A stretch of DNA of 64,000 bases, from positions 62,746,001 through 62,810,000 of the forward strand of contig CM052816.1 of NCBI GenBank assembly GCA_028534125.1. The letters run 5' to 3'. The first letter of the stretch is position 1. The number at the start of each line of letters is the position of its first letter. The stretch comes from Lama glama. Taxonomy: Eukaryota. The notes beneath the pieces were generated by a model, which saw only the letters and a program-made list of their open reading frames with translations, was not told the DNA's origin and made no database searches. Position numbers and translations under genes: made by a program. Below are positions 12,665 through 25,800 of this stretch, in pieces.

Positions 12665-13055
12665 TGTATTAATCTTCTTGGCTGCCTTAAGGAAATAACA
12701 GACAGAGTGGACAGACATTTATTTTCTCAAAGTTGTGGAGGCTAGAAGTCCAGAATCAGGGTGCCAGCATGATTAGGTCCTGGTAAGAGCTCTTTGCCTG
12801 GCTTACAGAAGGCCACCCTCTCACTGTGTGCTCACAGGGCCTTTCTTCAGTGGATGCACATAGTAGGGTAGGAAGAGAGAGAGAGAGAGAGAACACTTTC
12901 TTCCTCTTCCACCAGTCCTTTGGATTAGGCCTCTACCCTTATGACCTCACTTAACTATAATTGCCTCCTAAAGGCCCAGTCTCCAAATACAGTCACTTTG
13001 GGGGTTAGGACTTCACTATGTGACTTTTGGGGAGGACATAGTTCATTCTATAGCT
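12665..13055 (-). mobile_element. MaLR solo LTR (MLT1A-like)
   Basis: 'tgtatt...ggctgcc...catttattttctc...ggaggctagaagtccagaatcagggtgccagcatg...tttgggggttaggacttca...ttttggggaggacata'. Follows a MIR-like fragment at about 12540-12664. Confidence 0.85.
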
Positions 13056-13290
13056 GACTTGCAGAAGCCACAACCTTTACTGCTAAATGTAAAGCTAAGG
13101 CAGTGACTGGCTTTGGTTACCAAGAGCCAGTAATCAAAATCCTTGGTGAATGTGGGAGAAGCAGATAGATAACATGGACTAGCACAGGCAAAGGGTGGTG
13201 GTACTGAAGGGAATAAACCTTAAATCAACTGGGAATATAAAAACTTGTAATACATAGTACTGTCTTCAAGAATATTTTTGTCTCATTTTG

Positions 13291-13412
13291 TATATATATA
13301 TATGTATATATATATATACACACACACACACTTTGCATATGTATTATGTATAATATCCTTTATTTATAAGTTATATAACGAATATACTATATATAGTATA
13401 TATATATATATA
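13291..13412. repeat. (TA)n/(CA)n low-complexity microsatellite region
   Basis: Visible TA and CA runs. Confidence 0.85.
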
Positions 13413-14484
13413 TTCAGTATAAAAAGAAAGTTATGTTTCTTTGCAGTATTTCCTACAGAAAGCTACAGAGTGCTTCCAGGTACAAATTATCATTAGCGAT
13501 GCCTAAATCCTTGTATTCTGACTCTGCAGGCTTGTTTTTATTCTTTGTGGGGAGTGGAGTATGTCATAGAAATTGGAATCTGTTATCAACTCTTACACAA
13601 AAGGAAAAGTACATCTGTTGGAAACACATCTATATAGAGAGAGCCAAAGGATGAAGCTCTTTTTAAAGCCACATAATTTACACAAAGAGAATTACAGATT
13701 CAATATGTAATTGAATGTTTATACTTTGACATGAATTTTTCAAAGGTACCTTTTAAGTGCCTCAAACTACTTCAACTACTTCATTAACATCTAACATGTA
13801 ACTGCAGTGTAATAACCAGAGATATATATTCTAGAAATATGCAGTGTCCAAACTGATTTTTACTATTAGATGGGCAAGGAGGAAATTTTTTATGGGGGGA
13901 AATAAAAAAACATGAGTGAATCCTAAGAGAGGGAAAAAAAATCATTTCACAATGTCTAGTTCCTGTTCTTTTGTTTCTGATCAAATATCAATGTATAATT
14001 AGAATGCCATGTTTGCGGCTCCTTAAAATATTCATTTATGTTTGCCCCTAAATCACTCTAATATGTGATCTCATATTTAGATTTCAGAAAAACAGTCATT
14101 AGACTAATCCAGGCTTCAGGGTAGTTTTGTAGATAGGTTTCAACAACCATTAGACTGTCAAAAATTTTGACAAGCCTGTAAAATGTTTTGACCCTGTTTA
14201 CAGTTACCCGTGTCACCTCATCTACTCTTCCTTGGCCCTATGTTTATCTACTGACCCTGTGTCATTAGAATAAGAGGATGTATGTAAACCTTCACCCAGT
14301 AATTGGAACTCAAAATACATTACCCAAAATACCAGGAACATGAAGGAGAATGAATAATGATCAAATGGCTCTTTATTGAGCAGTTAGTATTTTATGGTCA
14401 CCTTCATGCAGTTTTCCTTCTGTGTCCTACAACCCAGCAAATCTGTTACTCTTAGGACTTCTGCTTTAGAGCTGAGAAAACTGA

Positions 14485-14750
14485 ATAGTATAATGGTTAA
14501 GGGCACTGACTTACCTAACAGGGAAAACAGGTTTGAATCCCACTTCTACTACTTAATAGAACTATGGTTCTGGAAAGGTTTTTTTCTTTTCCCTCTCTCA
14601 ACCTTTCAACATCTTCTTTTCATCTTACGTAAAATTAGAAGTTAAAATATTACTTCTCAGTAGGGTAGGGGCTAAAATGAAATGAGCGTGTGGTAGGATA
14701 AAATGATCATACCAGTGGCTAGCACATTTCTAGTCAAAACTAATCGCAGT
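14485..14750 (+). mobile_element. MIR SINE
   Basis: 'agtataatggttaagggcactgac...ggtttgaatcccacttctactactt' resembles the tRNA-derived MIR head. Confidence 0.7.
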
Positions 14751-16559
14751 GATTGTGGTTGTGTTTGTTAGAAAGCTGTGACTTGTCCAAGGCTGCACAG
14801 CAGGTAAAAATGGGGGTCAAGACTCGGAGTGGGGTTTCCTAAGACTTCAGTGCTCTTCTCTATGAGATCCTTTTTGCTGCGAAGTGTTTCAGATATGCTC
14901 TCTGCTGTTTATTAAGCCTGGACTGATTTTGTTGAAGTGAGTGTGTAGGTCAGTATGCATTTTCAAGCATGCTTTGGGGTTTACCTAGGTTAAATGCAGA
15001 GGGCTGATAAGAAATAGAGTGGGAGTGAAACAGCCATGGATTTGGTTATAAATAAAGATGCTTGATGCCCTATAACAAGTGCCCAGGGTATCACAGCCAC
15101 CTAAGAAACCCCATCAGCCTGTTTGTCTCCACCAAGGGACCATTCCTGCACCTGCAGACATCCTGCTGCTGCTTTCTACCTGAGTAGGAAGTGACTAGGT
15201 TTCTACCCTTTTAATTTTTGTATTATTTACCCACTTGTATAACTGTTGGTCTTATGAACATCTATTGAGAAAGAATATTAACAATGAAGAGCAATTTGAG
15301 TAATAAACTTTGCAATATAAACATGGTGAACAAGTGAACAAGCTTTTTCTTGTATTAAAATATGGGTATGTGCTTGTGTATGTACGTTCATATAACAAAC
15401 CAAAGGGGAACATTCAAGGGAATAGAAAGTTTATATTATAATGATTCCTTTTCCTTTGTGTGTGTGAATATGAATATATATGCATAAAATTATATAATTG
15501 TATTTGTAAATTCCATATGGGTCCTTGGATTCTTAATCATTTTTGTTTTAATAATATGTAATCTGTTACATTACTTTGTAATCTAGGGAATCCATTTCAA
15601 TTATTTATTTTCATTTTCCTTGAAGATAAACCATGAGTAATAAAAATAGTAATTTCTATATCTTCACAATGTGTTCCTCGTACCTTCTCAGAGAATCTGG
15701 GCTAGTCACATCAACATATACCTGTTCATTTTGTTGAGAGGCTTCCAGTGGAAGTATTGATACATGTGTAAGGTTCAATTTTATATTCATCAGAAGAGTT
15801 AAACCCTGTAGTCCATAGTGTCAAAGTAACTCTGTGCCCTGAAACTGCAGCCTTGGGGGGTGGGGAGTGTGTTATAAACATACATTCTGTATGAAATGGA
15901 CATATCCCTAGGCATAATTCCACATTGCAAAGACTGAGATAATATGTATGGGTAGATGTTGGAAGCGCTACCCAAAGGGAGTGCTGTATTCATATCACAG
16001 GCACATGAGGACTCGGGGAGAAGTGAGGAAGAGAGAACTGCATGTTCAGTAAGAATGAGCTAAGAAAAAATCGTCGTCTTAAGATTTGGAGAAGGAAGGG
16101 TTATGGGAACATCTTACATTTTCTGCACCAGGTAAATTTCAGGAACAGTTATAGGCCTAATGATTTGGCCTTTATATGGTGAGACTTTCAAATTCCTTTA
16201 CTGGGGCAGTGTATGTCTTTTCAGCTTCCTCTCTCTAAGCAGGTGCATGTTACCAGAGATAGTTAAAACTTCCTATTACATACCTCGTGTTTCACTGGGC
16301 AATTAAATAGAAAAGTTAAAATGAGACTTACTATTACCCAACACTTCTCTTTTAAAAATTACTTGACCAAACTCTTGGTCAGCATTCTTCTTGTACTTTT
16401 TTTACTTATCTTCAGTTGTCTGGTTTAGAACAGTACAAAAAAAATTTTTTTTAATCATAACGCCATGAACCTTTGCTTTAACTAAAATATGAGGAACAAT
16501 GAACCAAACTATGGGATGAAATGTCCTGTCAGCAATTTTTTCCACCTTTATACCTGAAT

Positions 16560-16870
16560 TAGTTACTGATTTTTTTGTTTACCATGTTCAGCATTGTGCT
16601 AGATTTTATGAGATAAGAATAAATGGCCACTAACATTCAGAAGACCATCTAAAAGGTCTCTCAGTGAACTAATTGAGGCAAAGAAAATAATAGAGGATAA
16701 AGAGTTACGAATAAGGACAAGTCACTTCCCACTAGGAGGGAGTGTGGGGAGAGTCAAGGGAGACTTTATGGAGCCTTTAACAATTAATTGGATCCTTTAA
16801 TGACAGATAGAATATTCATTTGGTCAGAATTAGGTTTAGAGAGTAGGTGAAATGATGACATTCCTGGAAG
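16560..16870 (-). mobile_element. L2 LINE 3' region
   Basis: 'accatgttcagcattgtgctag...gagtcaaggggagactttatggag' are antisense L2-like motifs. Confidence 0.5.
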
Positions 16871-18059
16871 AAAACTGAGTCATGTAGTAGGTGTAGCCCA
16901 GCTGGGCAGGAGCAGCAGGAGGAAATGACGCCCTAACATCAGCCATTCGCTTCTCTTGGTTGGTGACACTGTACAGAGTTATGCAGTGTGAGGTGCTGTG
17001 AACCTCAGAACGCCCAGCGTGGTAGCATAGATATTATGTTGACATAACCTTTGAAATGTTTTTAGCTGCAAATGAAAATCAGTATTCCCCACCCCCATCT
17101 TGTGGATTATGATAAACAAAAAGTGGTGTAGCATCTGTTTAACTCTGCTGATTTTCTGTTAAGTTGAAATATGCTATAAATGTTCTTCTTTCTCCCCAGA
17201 CATAGATTTTCTTTGGAGAGATATTTTCTTGATATTATGTCAGAGTCTTTCAGGATTTATGTCTTCAATGGGAAAAAAAAATAAGGCTTTTTTTTTTTTA
17301 ACCCAGTAGCAGTAGTATGTTTTTTGTTGGGTCAAAAATTCAAGTCTAATGTTTCAGTTTGGTTTTCTTAGCATAATAATGTGGAAAATAAGTGATCTTG
17401 ATTACAGTCCAAGCCACCATTCATTCGTTCTGTGTGTTCTGCAGAATAGGAGAATAAAGAGTTATGTCCCATTTATCAGAAGAGAAGAGAAAAGAGAGGA
17501 GAAAAGAAATGATGTATTTATGAATCATACTGGGAAGGGTATAAGTCCCTGATCTGCATTTAGAGATTTGTGCTACTTCTAAGTACATGGGAATAGGACT
17601 CATTTGAGATGTAGCCATTTATGTATCAATTTGCCCAAATATACAGAGCAGGTTTTCTTTGCATTTGTGAAACATTGATCTGCTTAATTTTACATGGGCA
17701 TCCATACTTGCAAAAAGAAATGTTTCTTAATACTGACTCTCATATTATATTGGCATTGAAAACTATAGTAAGGCACCAAGGAGATAGTGACAAGTAAAAG
17801 TTGTCAAAATCTGGCCCCATATCCCTATGTAGAGCTGAGGAAATAATACTGTCAGCCAAATGCAAGCAGTATTGGCTGTAAAAGGAATGATATTAATGAC
17901 CTCAAAGCTGGTTCTTAGTCTCACCTGTGCAGCTTTAAAAGCATTGATACCTTCCTTTCCTCCTGCCCTTCCTCCCTCGCTCCTTCCCTATGTGTCTCCC
18001 TTCCTTGCTCCAGGCCACAATCCTTTAGGGAGACCTAAATGAGAACAGCAGCCTTAGAG

Positions 18060-18810
18060 GATCTAGACTGGTTCCAGGGAGATTGAAACAAAGTAAGCAT
18101 ATTGAGGGTACCAGAGCTAAGTTTCTCACTGTCAGAGAAGAAAACTACAAATAGAAAATGGGAGTAAGTTGGAATGAGCACTGTAGTATTGGATTGGAAT
18201 TAGTAACATGTCCGTGAACTCATAGTTCTGTATATCTCAATATAGATACATACAGAAATTAAATACAAAAATAAAGTGTGTGTCCTCTATCTCTGGCCTC
18301 TTGCTATGATAGAAATAAGTCTTCAAGTAATGATGGGGTCGTGTTGGAAGATACAGATGCCAGCTTTAAGGGGCTCCAGTACAAAGTCTAGGACAATTTG
18401 GGCATTTATATAAGTACTGGTAGTAATGGGTAGTACTGAATAAAAGAGGGGAGTATATGAGGGAAACTTTGAGTCTACAGTGAAATAAATAATTGATTAT
18501 ATTAATGTGGAGAAGAGAAAGTTGTTACTTACAGAATGCCAAACAGTACATATAGAAGTAATGGAATTGGAAAATCACAATTTGGAAACTATCATAGTAA
18601 TGATTTGGCTAACAAAGAACATTAGTAGATGCTCAAACCAGTAGGTGAAAATTTAATGACAAAGAGGATATTTATGTAACCTCAGCAGTGGGGAAGGAGA
18701 TTTAGCAGACCCTAACCAAGACCTCCAGCAAGTTATCAAAGTTGTCACTAGTGACACTGTGTCACCTGACAGGATACAGTGAGAATAGACAGTCTGTGAT
18801 TTTTCTGCCA

Positions 18811-18862
<52 letters not shown>

Positions 18863-19185
18863 CCATCCTGAATCTCGTTGTGAGGAAACAGACAAATCCA
18901 ACTTGAAGGATATTCTACAAACAACTGTCATAGATTTAAAAATATTAGGGTTGGTAAGGTCAAGGAAGAACTGTGGGACTCTTCCAGACTTAAGAAAACT
19001 AAAGTGATATAGAGCAGCCAAGAATAACACAGCATCCTGGTTTGGATCATTTTACTATAAAGGACTTTAGTGGGACAGTTGGCAAAACTTAAATGGGATC
19101 TTGGAAGAAGAGTGTTTGGTATTTCTTTTTACTCTTCTTGCAATTTTATTTTTGAAGTTTGAAATTACTTCAAAATAAAAAGTAC
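18060..19185 (+). mobile_element. LINE-1 3'UTR (L1MC4-like), apparently within a MER5-type element
   Basis: 'aagtttctcactgtcagagaag', 'tgaggaaacagacaaatccaacttgaaggatattctacaaa' and the terminal 'tttgaaattacttcaaaataaaaagt'. MER5-like pieces flank it at about 17905-17950 and 19200-19300. Confidence 0.8.
18813..18860. repeat. (GT)24 microsatellite
   Basis: Uninterrupted GT run. Confidence 0.97.
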
Positions 19186-19199
19186 GAAATAATGTCTAT

Positions 19200-19300
19200 G
19201 TCCCACTCACACAATACTAAGTCAGAATCTCTGAGAATGGAAACCTTCTTAAAAGAACCTCAAATGACTCTAATATGCAGCTAGGATTGAAAACTGCTGG
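19200..19300. mobile_element. MER5-type hAT-Charlie DNA transposon fragment
   Basis: 'tactaagtcagaatctctg...atgactctaatatgcagctaggattgaaaactgctg' matches the MER5 terminal motif. Confidence 0.7.
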
Positions 19301-20265
19301 GCAAGAAGCAATAGTGTTCCTTAAGACCATTGCTTGCAACTGGAAGAATTCTGATTATGGGTCTGTCTTTGTTTCATTCAGCATAAATTCTGATGATGGA
19401 TTTATGTCTAGCATTTAATTGATGCTTTGATGCAAATATTCTGTTCTTCTCGAGTTGCTAATAGAGAGCTGTTATAGCTGTTATAGCTGGTTTACAATAC
19501 ATCCCAACACCTACTTGTGATGTTCCACGTGGTATATTTATTTTTTTAATGAAAAGAGAACAGAAACATACTGTACTTTGAAATTTAGTAAACTTCCATG
19601 ATTTAATTAGAGGCATCTGGTTTTCTAAAACTAGAGTTGCCATTAGTTTGGGTTGCTACTTAGTTTTATATTTAAAAGGTACATTTCTTTCAGTGTTTTT
19701 TGAGGATTACATTAAAGAACAATCCATCTGTTGTTCTGTTCTATCAGTGCATCAGATAACACATTAAGATCTGTTCTCTCCTTGGAGAAGAGTCTGCTGG
19801 TCTTCCATGCACCTCCCTCCCCTCTTTGTCTGGGCTTATATACACAGACATGAGAGCATCATCTTCTTGTATCTAGCTGGAGGTGAGGGATGCAGCAGGT
19901 GTTTGGATTCTGCAAGTAGTCTAAGATATAAGACCTTCGGATGTGGGCCAGAGATAATAAGTGAGGACACTTTTAATGGTGTTGTCAGGGCTTCCTCAAG
20001 CAAAATTGTGAAATATGCCAAGACTGTCACTGGAGCCCACCGTTCTTTGCAGTGCCCCACGTGTCTTCACTGCTGCTGTTTGCTAGGTGGCTCTCAGATG
20101 CACAGGGCACATGGTCTGTGCTGTCACAACACCTGCTACGCTGTTGCTAGATAAAGTAAGGCCTAGTAAGGGCTTTAATGTTGACCCCTCCTAAGGATGG
20201 TTATTTCTTAAAAATGGTGTTAATCAAAATTTATTTATTGTGGGTGGAGAGGATATTTAAAAAGT

Positions 20266-20512
20266 AATGGTAGTTGTTATTTATGAGCCCATTTATCTGC
20301 CAAGCATTTTGCAATATACTCTATTCATTATCTCATGTAATCCTTACCAGGGCCTCTGAGGTAGACTGTTATTTATGTCTGCTTTACAGATAAGACCTGG
20401 AAGCCAAGAGGGCTAAAACCATCTCCCAAGATCAGAAAGCTGGTGAATGACAGACTTTGAATTGGAACACAGATCCCTCTGATTCCTAAATCTGTGTGTT
20501 TAACCATTAGGC
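20266..20512 (-). mobile_element. MIR SINE (near full length)
   Basis: 'tatctcatgtaatccttac...gctttacagataagacctggaagccaagagggctaaaac...cccaagatcag' is the antisense MIR core. Confidence 0.8.
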
Positions 20513-21384
20513 TCTGTTGGCTCTCATGTTTTAGATAACCTGGACCATCTCCTAATTTTAGAGAAATTCATGTAGTATGAGTCTAAGAAAACTACCTCAT
20601 GACCCCGTCACTCTTCACAGAAGACTAGTTTGTACTGTATTTTAGAGCCAGAGTCTTCACCCAATTATTCCTCTAGTCATACTCTTGCCTCGGCTGCAGC
20701 CTCATGCTGAAACATTTTCTGTTTGTATAGTGGGTATTTAAATACACAAGGCTGTCAGGGGTGTTTGTCTGGAAACATTTGAAACCCTCTCTTAGGTCCA
20801 GAGATAATTCAGTGGAATGTGGCCTTTTAAGGTATCTCTAAATATGTTTGAAAAGCTATTGAGGCCATCGAGCTATCAGTCTCAAATATACTAAATATAA
20901 CTTCTTAGCTCTCTTCTTGTGATAGTTATTTACTCTGCATCATTTGTAGTTTAAATGAGGCTATATGTTCCATAGCAATTACACTGTAATGAAGAAAGAA
21001 CTGGAGAGCAGCCAGTATATGCTATGCAGTGTATTTTAAGATAACGTAGTTAATAATTTTCTTGTTTCATTTCATTTCAAGCCCATTTAACTGAGGCAGT
21101 CAAGCACTCAGAAAAGACCATGAAAACATATTTATTTTTGAAGTATTATTTAAATACATTTATAACATGCCAGTAGTCATTTATATATTTGTATACCAAT
21201 ACATAATTGCCCTTTTTTGGCTGATAAGTTCCAATATTTAAAAATTATTTATTGCTTTTTCCAAATGCTGTTATGGACGAAACATATGAATTAGTTACAT
21301 AACGAAGAAATGCATAAATGATATTCTTCCATTATACTTCTGGAAAAATTAATGTGCTTCCCTAAATCACCAAACTAGTAAAAT

Positions 21385-21630
21385 AATTAACCATTTGCTC
21401 TGTACCAGGCACTTTGTTGAGCAGTTCACTACATTAATACATTAAATCTTTTCAGCAACCTTGGAATAAGGTTGGGGTTAGTGTTATGATTATTATTCCT
21501 GAACAGATAAAGTAACTGAAGATCTTTGGAGCTAAGCAATTCGTCTGCTAGCCATATAGCTAAAAATGAGCATATTTAGATTTCAAATCCAAGGTTATCT
21601 AACTTTAAAATGTATTCTCTTAACCAACAA
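21385..21630 (-). mobile_element. MIR SINE
   Basis: 'ctctgtaccaggcactttg...cagataaagtaactgaag...tgtattctcttaacca'. Confidence 0.7.
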
Positions 21631-21959
21631 GTTATATAATTAAGGTAAAATTAAAGCTTTTATATTAATAGAATATTTCTGAAATTGGCATCCCCAAACA
21701 CCCATAATACTGTTATAAAACCATATTGCCTTAGAGGTAAAAGTGCCATCTTACCCAAATATTCTTTTGATAGATAAGGAAAATGAGGACCAGAAAGGAT
21801 AAATAATACTCCTAATACTAATCTGGGAACATTTCAAGAAACAAAATGCCTACCAAATACTAGAAAAATGATTAATTTTATTCACTATCGCTTACTATTA
21901 TTAATTCTTGTAATAAAAGAAAGGCAGAATTGTCAAAGATGGAGGCCCATATATGGAGA

Positions 21960-22122
21960 CAATATGTGAACTCTAGCCCATTGCTTAAGTTTCCTAGCTT
22001 TTCCTAAGTAAAATGAGGGCAATATAACATCTAACTACTGGGTTGTTGTGATGATTAAAAGGGAACATGTTTTGAGTGCCTGGTGCATAATAATACCCGA
22101 TAAGCGATGGGTGAAGTTATTG
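21960..22122 (+). mobile_element. MIR SINE fragment
   Basis: 'gtaaaatgagggcaatataacatctaactactgggttgttgtgatgattaaa...gtgcctggtgcataata'. Confidence 0.7.
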
Positions 22123-22253
22123 TACTACTTTATCAGGCTCTTCATACATAACATATCAGGGTCTCAGCTTTGCAGATCCCAGAAACTCAGTAATTTTAGT
22201 TCCCTCAGAAATTATCTAGCAGTTAAAAAAAATTACGATGTTTTTTATCTTAG

Positions 22254-22978
22254 CAGTAGTGCTGTTACCTAGTCCAGACTTGTTTTGCTCGCTGCATGGG
22301 AGGCCAGTCATTGGGAGACGAAGTGTTGAGTCAAGGAATAATGACTTTATTTGGAAAGCCAGCAGATTGAGAAGATAGCAGATTAACGTCCTGCAGAACC
22401 ATCTTACCCAACTCAGAATTCAGGTGCTTTTTATACTACAAAGGGGAGGGGGTATGGTTGTTTGTTGCAAACTTCTTGATGTTCAAATCCTTTGTTCTTG
22501 TAGCTGTCTCCTAGGTCAGATCATGATCCTGTAAACCTCCTACAAGACAAATGTTATTCTCTGTTCCCCAACTTTTTATCTCTATATTAATAGAAAAGTG
22601 TTCTACCATTAAAGATCAGAGCCTTGAGAATGGGCTTTTCTGTATATTTCAGGCTATAGGCAGTATTCTTTTACAAAAGGTGCAGAACCAGCATGACTAA
22701 GCACAGAAAACAGAGCACAGGGTCAGCAGTAAAAGAACAGATCTAATCTGGAGTCAGACTTGTTCTTTCCTAATACAGTATGCTGATAAATGTGTAACAA
22801 TTAGCTTTTGGAAAGGGTTGGGGTAGAAAACTTTTTTTATAGACTTTACTGATTTTTATGTGTAAGCTACTTTGATCAGGACAGATTTCAAGCTACCAAC
22901 ATGTCAAATGCCCGGCAAAATTTTTGGAAATTTAACAAAATCTCCTCCCAATCAGGTATTATCTCCAGCTTGCAATGA
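22254..22978 (-). mobile_element. MER63-like hAT-Blackjack element, split near its end by an LTR
   Basis: Removing 22263-22781 restores 'cagtagtg(c/t)gctgataaatgtgtaacaa', resembling the MER63 terminus CAGTGGTGTGCTGGTAAATGTTTAACAA. The other end lies near 22920-22978. Confidence 0.65.
22263..22777 (-). mobile_element. ERV1-class solo LTR (about 515 bp; subfamily uncertain)
   Basis: TGTTA...TACA termini, antisense polyA signal (tttatt near 22346), antisense TATA-like 'tttata' near 22429, degenerate 4-bp TSD gtgc/gtat. Confidence 0.85.
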
Positions 22979-23679
22979 TTTTACCTATTGTCTGTGTGTG
23001 TGTGTGTGGTGTGCTGTGTATGTGTATGTATATATTATACTTACATAAAAATATGTCTATATAAATGGGGGCCAAATTATAATCACAAAGTTATTTTGTA
23101 AGCATAGTCAAAACAAGGGTAGCTAAGATCTAAGACAATCTCTTGCACGATGCTGGAGACAAGTATAGGACAAGTTATATCCTTGGGCTATACATTATTC
23201 TAGGCTACATTCATAACATTGACCTTCCTGCTGCCACGCACAGTCCACGCTAGTGCAAACCACTTCCCTGGAGAATACCTCCTCTTACCTTGACTGTATT
23301 TGACCAATTAAGCTGAACATTTCACCTTTAGGTAATGATCTTCTCCTAAGTTCCTGGATACAACACTGTACTGATCATGCCACTAAAATAACTAGTAATC
23401 GAAGGTTAGTAGTAAACTCACATATGGCAAATAGGGAAATGTTCATGGATAGCCGCTGATTTAATTAGCCATTTTTGCATGTATAGAGGAATAAAGCACG
23501 TCAAAGAGGAAAAAAAAGGAAAAGTTTACTTGTTTAAGTCTTTCTGACAATTTATAGCAAAAGCTCATGTGCTGTGTCCTGTTTCTTTACATTTTTGTTA
23601 TAAAGAACTAATTAATTTTTACATTATCTGAAAGTAATATATTTTTATTGTACTAGAAATTCAGTGATCTCAAGAATGC

Positions 23680-24792
23680 CAAGGTGATTCAAAATATGAA
23701 AATCAATCAGTCTGGTATACCACATTATAAAAAGAAAAAAATGACCATCTCAATTGATGCAGAAAAGACATTTGACAAAATTCTATACCCTTTCATAATA
23801 AAAATACATAAAAACACTCAACAAACTGGGAATGTAAGGAAACTTTCTCAACATGATAAAGTCTATATATAAAAACCTGACAGTTAACAGCATATTCACT
23901 GGTGAAAGACTGGAACTTTTTTCTCCTTGTATCAGGAACAATACAAAACAAACCAACTGAAAAAATGGGCAAAGAACTTCAGTAGGTAATCTCCAAAGAT
24001 GCTATATAAATGGTCAATAAACACATGAAAATATACTTAACATCATTAGTCATTACAGAAATGCAAATCAAAGCCACTATGAGATAAAAGTTCACACCTG
24101 CTAGTGTGGTGGTAATAATAATAATTAGAAAATAAATGTTTTCAAGGATGTAGAGAAAATGAAATTCTGTACTTTTCTAGTGGGCATAGAAAATGATACA
24201 GCTTCTGTGAAAAACATTTGGGTGAATCCTGAAAAAAAAATAAAATTACCGTATGACCCCACAATTACACTTCTAAGTATATACCCCAAATCATTGAAAA
24301 CAGGAACTAAAAAGTAGGTTTATAAACCAATATTCACAGCAGGATTACTCACAATAGCCAGAAAGTGGAAACAACCTATGTGTCCTTCAAAAGATGAATG
24401 GATAAACAAAATAGTGTATATACCTTCAATAGAATACTATTCAGCCATAAAAAGGAATAATGTTTTGATGCATGCTATAATATAGATGAACTTTGAAAGC
24501 ATTATACTAAGTTAAGCAAGCTAGACATAAAAGGAAACTTTGATATTACAATAGATATCTAGAATAGGCAAATTAATAGAGACAGAAAGTAAGTTGGAAA
24601 TGTTCTGGGACTAGGAAGAGGGAGGAATGGGGAGTTATTGTTTAATGAGTATAGAATGTCTGGCGTGATAAACATTGCAGGGAACAGGTAGTAATGATTG
24701 TACAATATTGTGAATGTAATTAGTGGCACTAGATCATACATTTAAAATGCTTTAATTGGCATATTTTATATGTATTTTATCACAATTAAAAT
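23680..24792 (+). mobile_element. LINE-1 (L1MB-like): RT fragment joined to ORF2 end and 3'UTR by an internal deletion near 23945
   Basis: Translation 'MTISIDAEKTFDKILYPFIIK' is an L1 RT motif. 3'UTR 'gggaggaatggggagttattgtttaatgagtatagaat...tgtattttatcacaattaaaa'. Confidence 0.9.
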
Positions 24793-24804
24793 ATAATGGA
24801 AACA

Positions 24805-25120
24805 GACTTTTTAGTTGAAGATGGCAAATTGAACATGTTTTAGCTCTATTCCTTTTGAACTTTCATCAAAATGAGAGTAAATAGATTAATTAAAAATCAT
24901 ATGTCACCAAACCATACAAGGACTAATGGGAGATGAGAAAACAGCAAAATTTTGAATATTGAGGAGCAGAATAAAGAGCAGTTACTGCAGCAAGGTAAAG
25001 AAAAAAGTTCATGGAATTGTTTTAGTGTGAGTGGATAAGGTGCAATTTCTCAAAGCCACAGCATTTGGCAGAGATAGTGACTGAGAGAAAGGGAGACATT
25101 GAAAAATAGAGTCCAAAACA
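24805..25120 (+). mobile_element. HAL1/L1ME-type 5' end fragment
   Basis: 'gactttttagttgaagatggcaaattgaaca...aaaccatacaaggac...acagcaaaattttgaa' resembles the recalled HAL1 5' end. Confidence 0.6.
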
Positions 25121-25474
25121 CATGACTACACACTACTACCCTAGCTGCTCAATGGCCTTAGTATATTCAGTGCCAGTCCTGGCAACTAGATCAGCAGTCT
25201 GTATGTATTAATGATTGTCTGAGGTTCCAACAATGCCTTTGTGCCTTTCCTGTTGCCATTAATGCTGGAGATTGAGAAGGGCCTTTCTCTTAGACATCTT
25301 TGGCCCTAAACGTTATTTGGAGTGTGAATATAGCAATAAGTAGGGCAAAAAGCCATGAAGAATTCTCAGTAAATCATTAGTTTGGGATCCAACTAGTGGC
25401 TTCTCTCTTCTGTCTGTTTGAGACTTAGTTATTAATCATATACCTGTCCACCACAGGGTCCATCCTTTCTTGTT

Positions 25475-25800
25475 TGATCATTTATTATCTGTATATTTTT
25501 GAACTACTATCTTGGTCCCAGTGCTAAGTGCTGTGGGAGATACAGCGCTAGTCAAAGTGTAATACATTTCAAGATGTTTATAGCTTTATGGATATCAGTC
25601 TTGTTCACAAATATAATACAATATAATTTGGGATCATTTTAAACAATGTGATTTGAAGAGTAGAAAATTCTAGAGAGGAAAGAGTTCACAATTTGCTGAA
25701 GTAATTAAGGGTGACTTCATGGATACAAGGTAGCATTTGAGAGGTGTTCCAAAGAATGGGGACAGAATGGATATACTTAAGGTGTAATGCACTCGGGGAG
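25475..25800 (-). mobile_element. L2 LINE 3' region
   Basis: 'gaactactatcttggtcccagtgctaagtgctgtgggagatacagcg' is antisense L2 3'-like. Confidence 0.55.

Noticed and set aside
19807..20154. 115-aa Cys-rich ORF in unique sequence
   Set aside because: No recognisable domain, splice structure or promoter context. The length is compatible with chance.
20731..20831. 101-nt open segment between tgtatAG and GTATCT
   Set aside because: Weak donor and unrecognised peptide.
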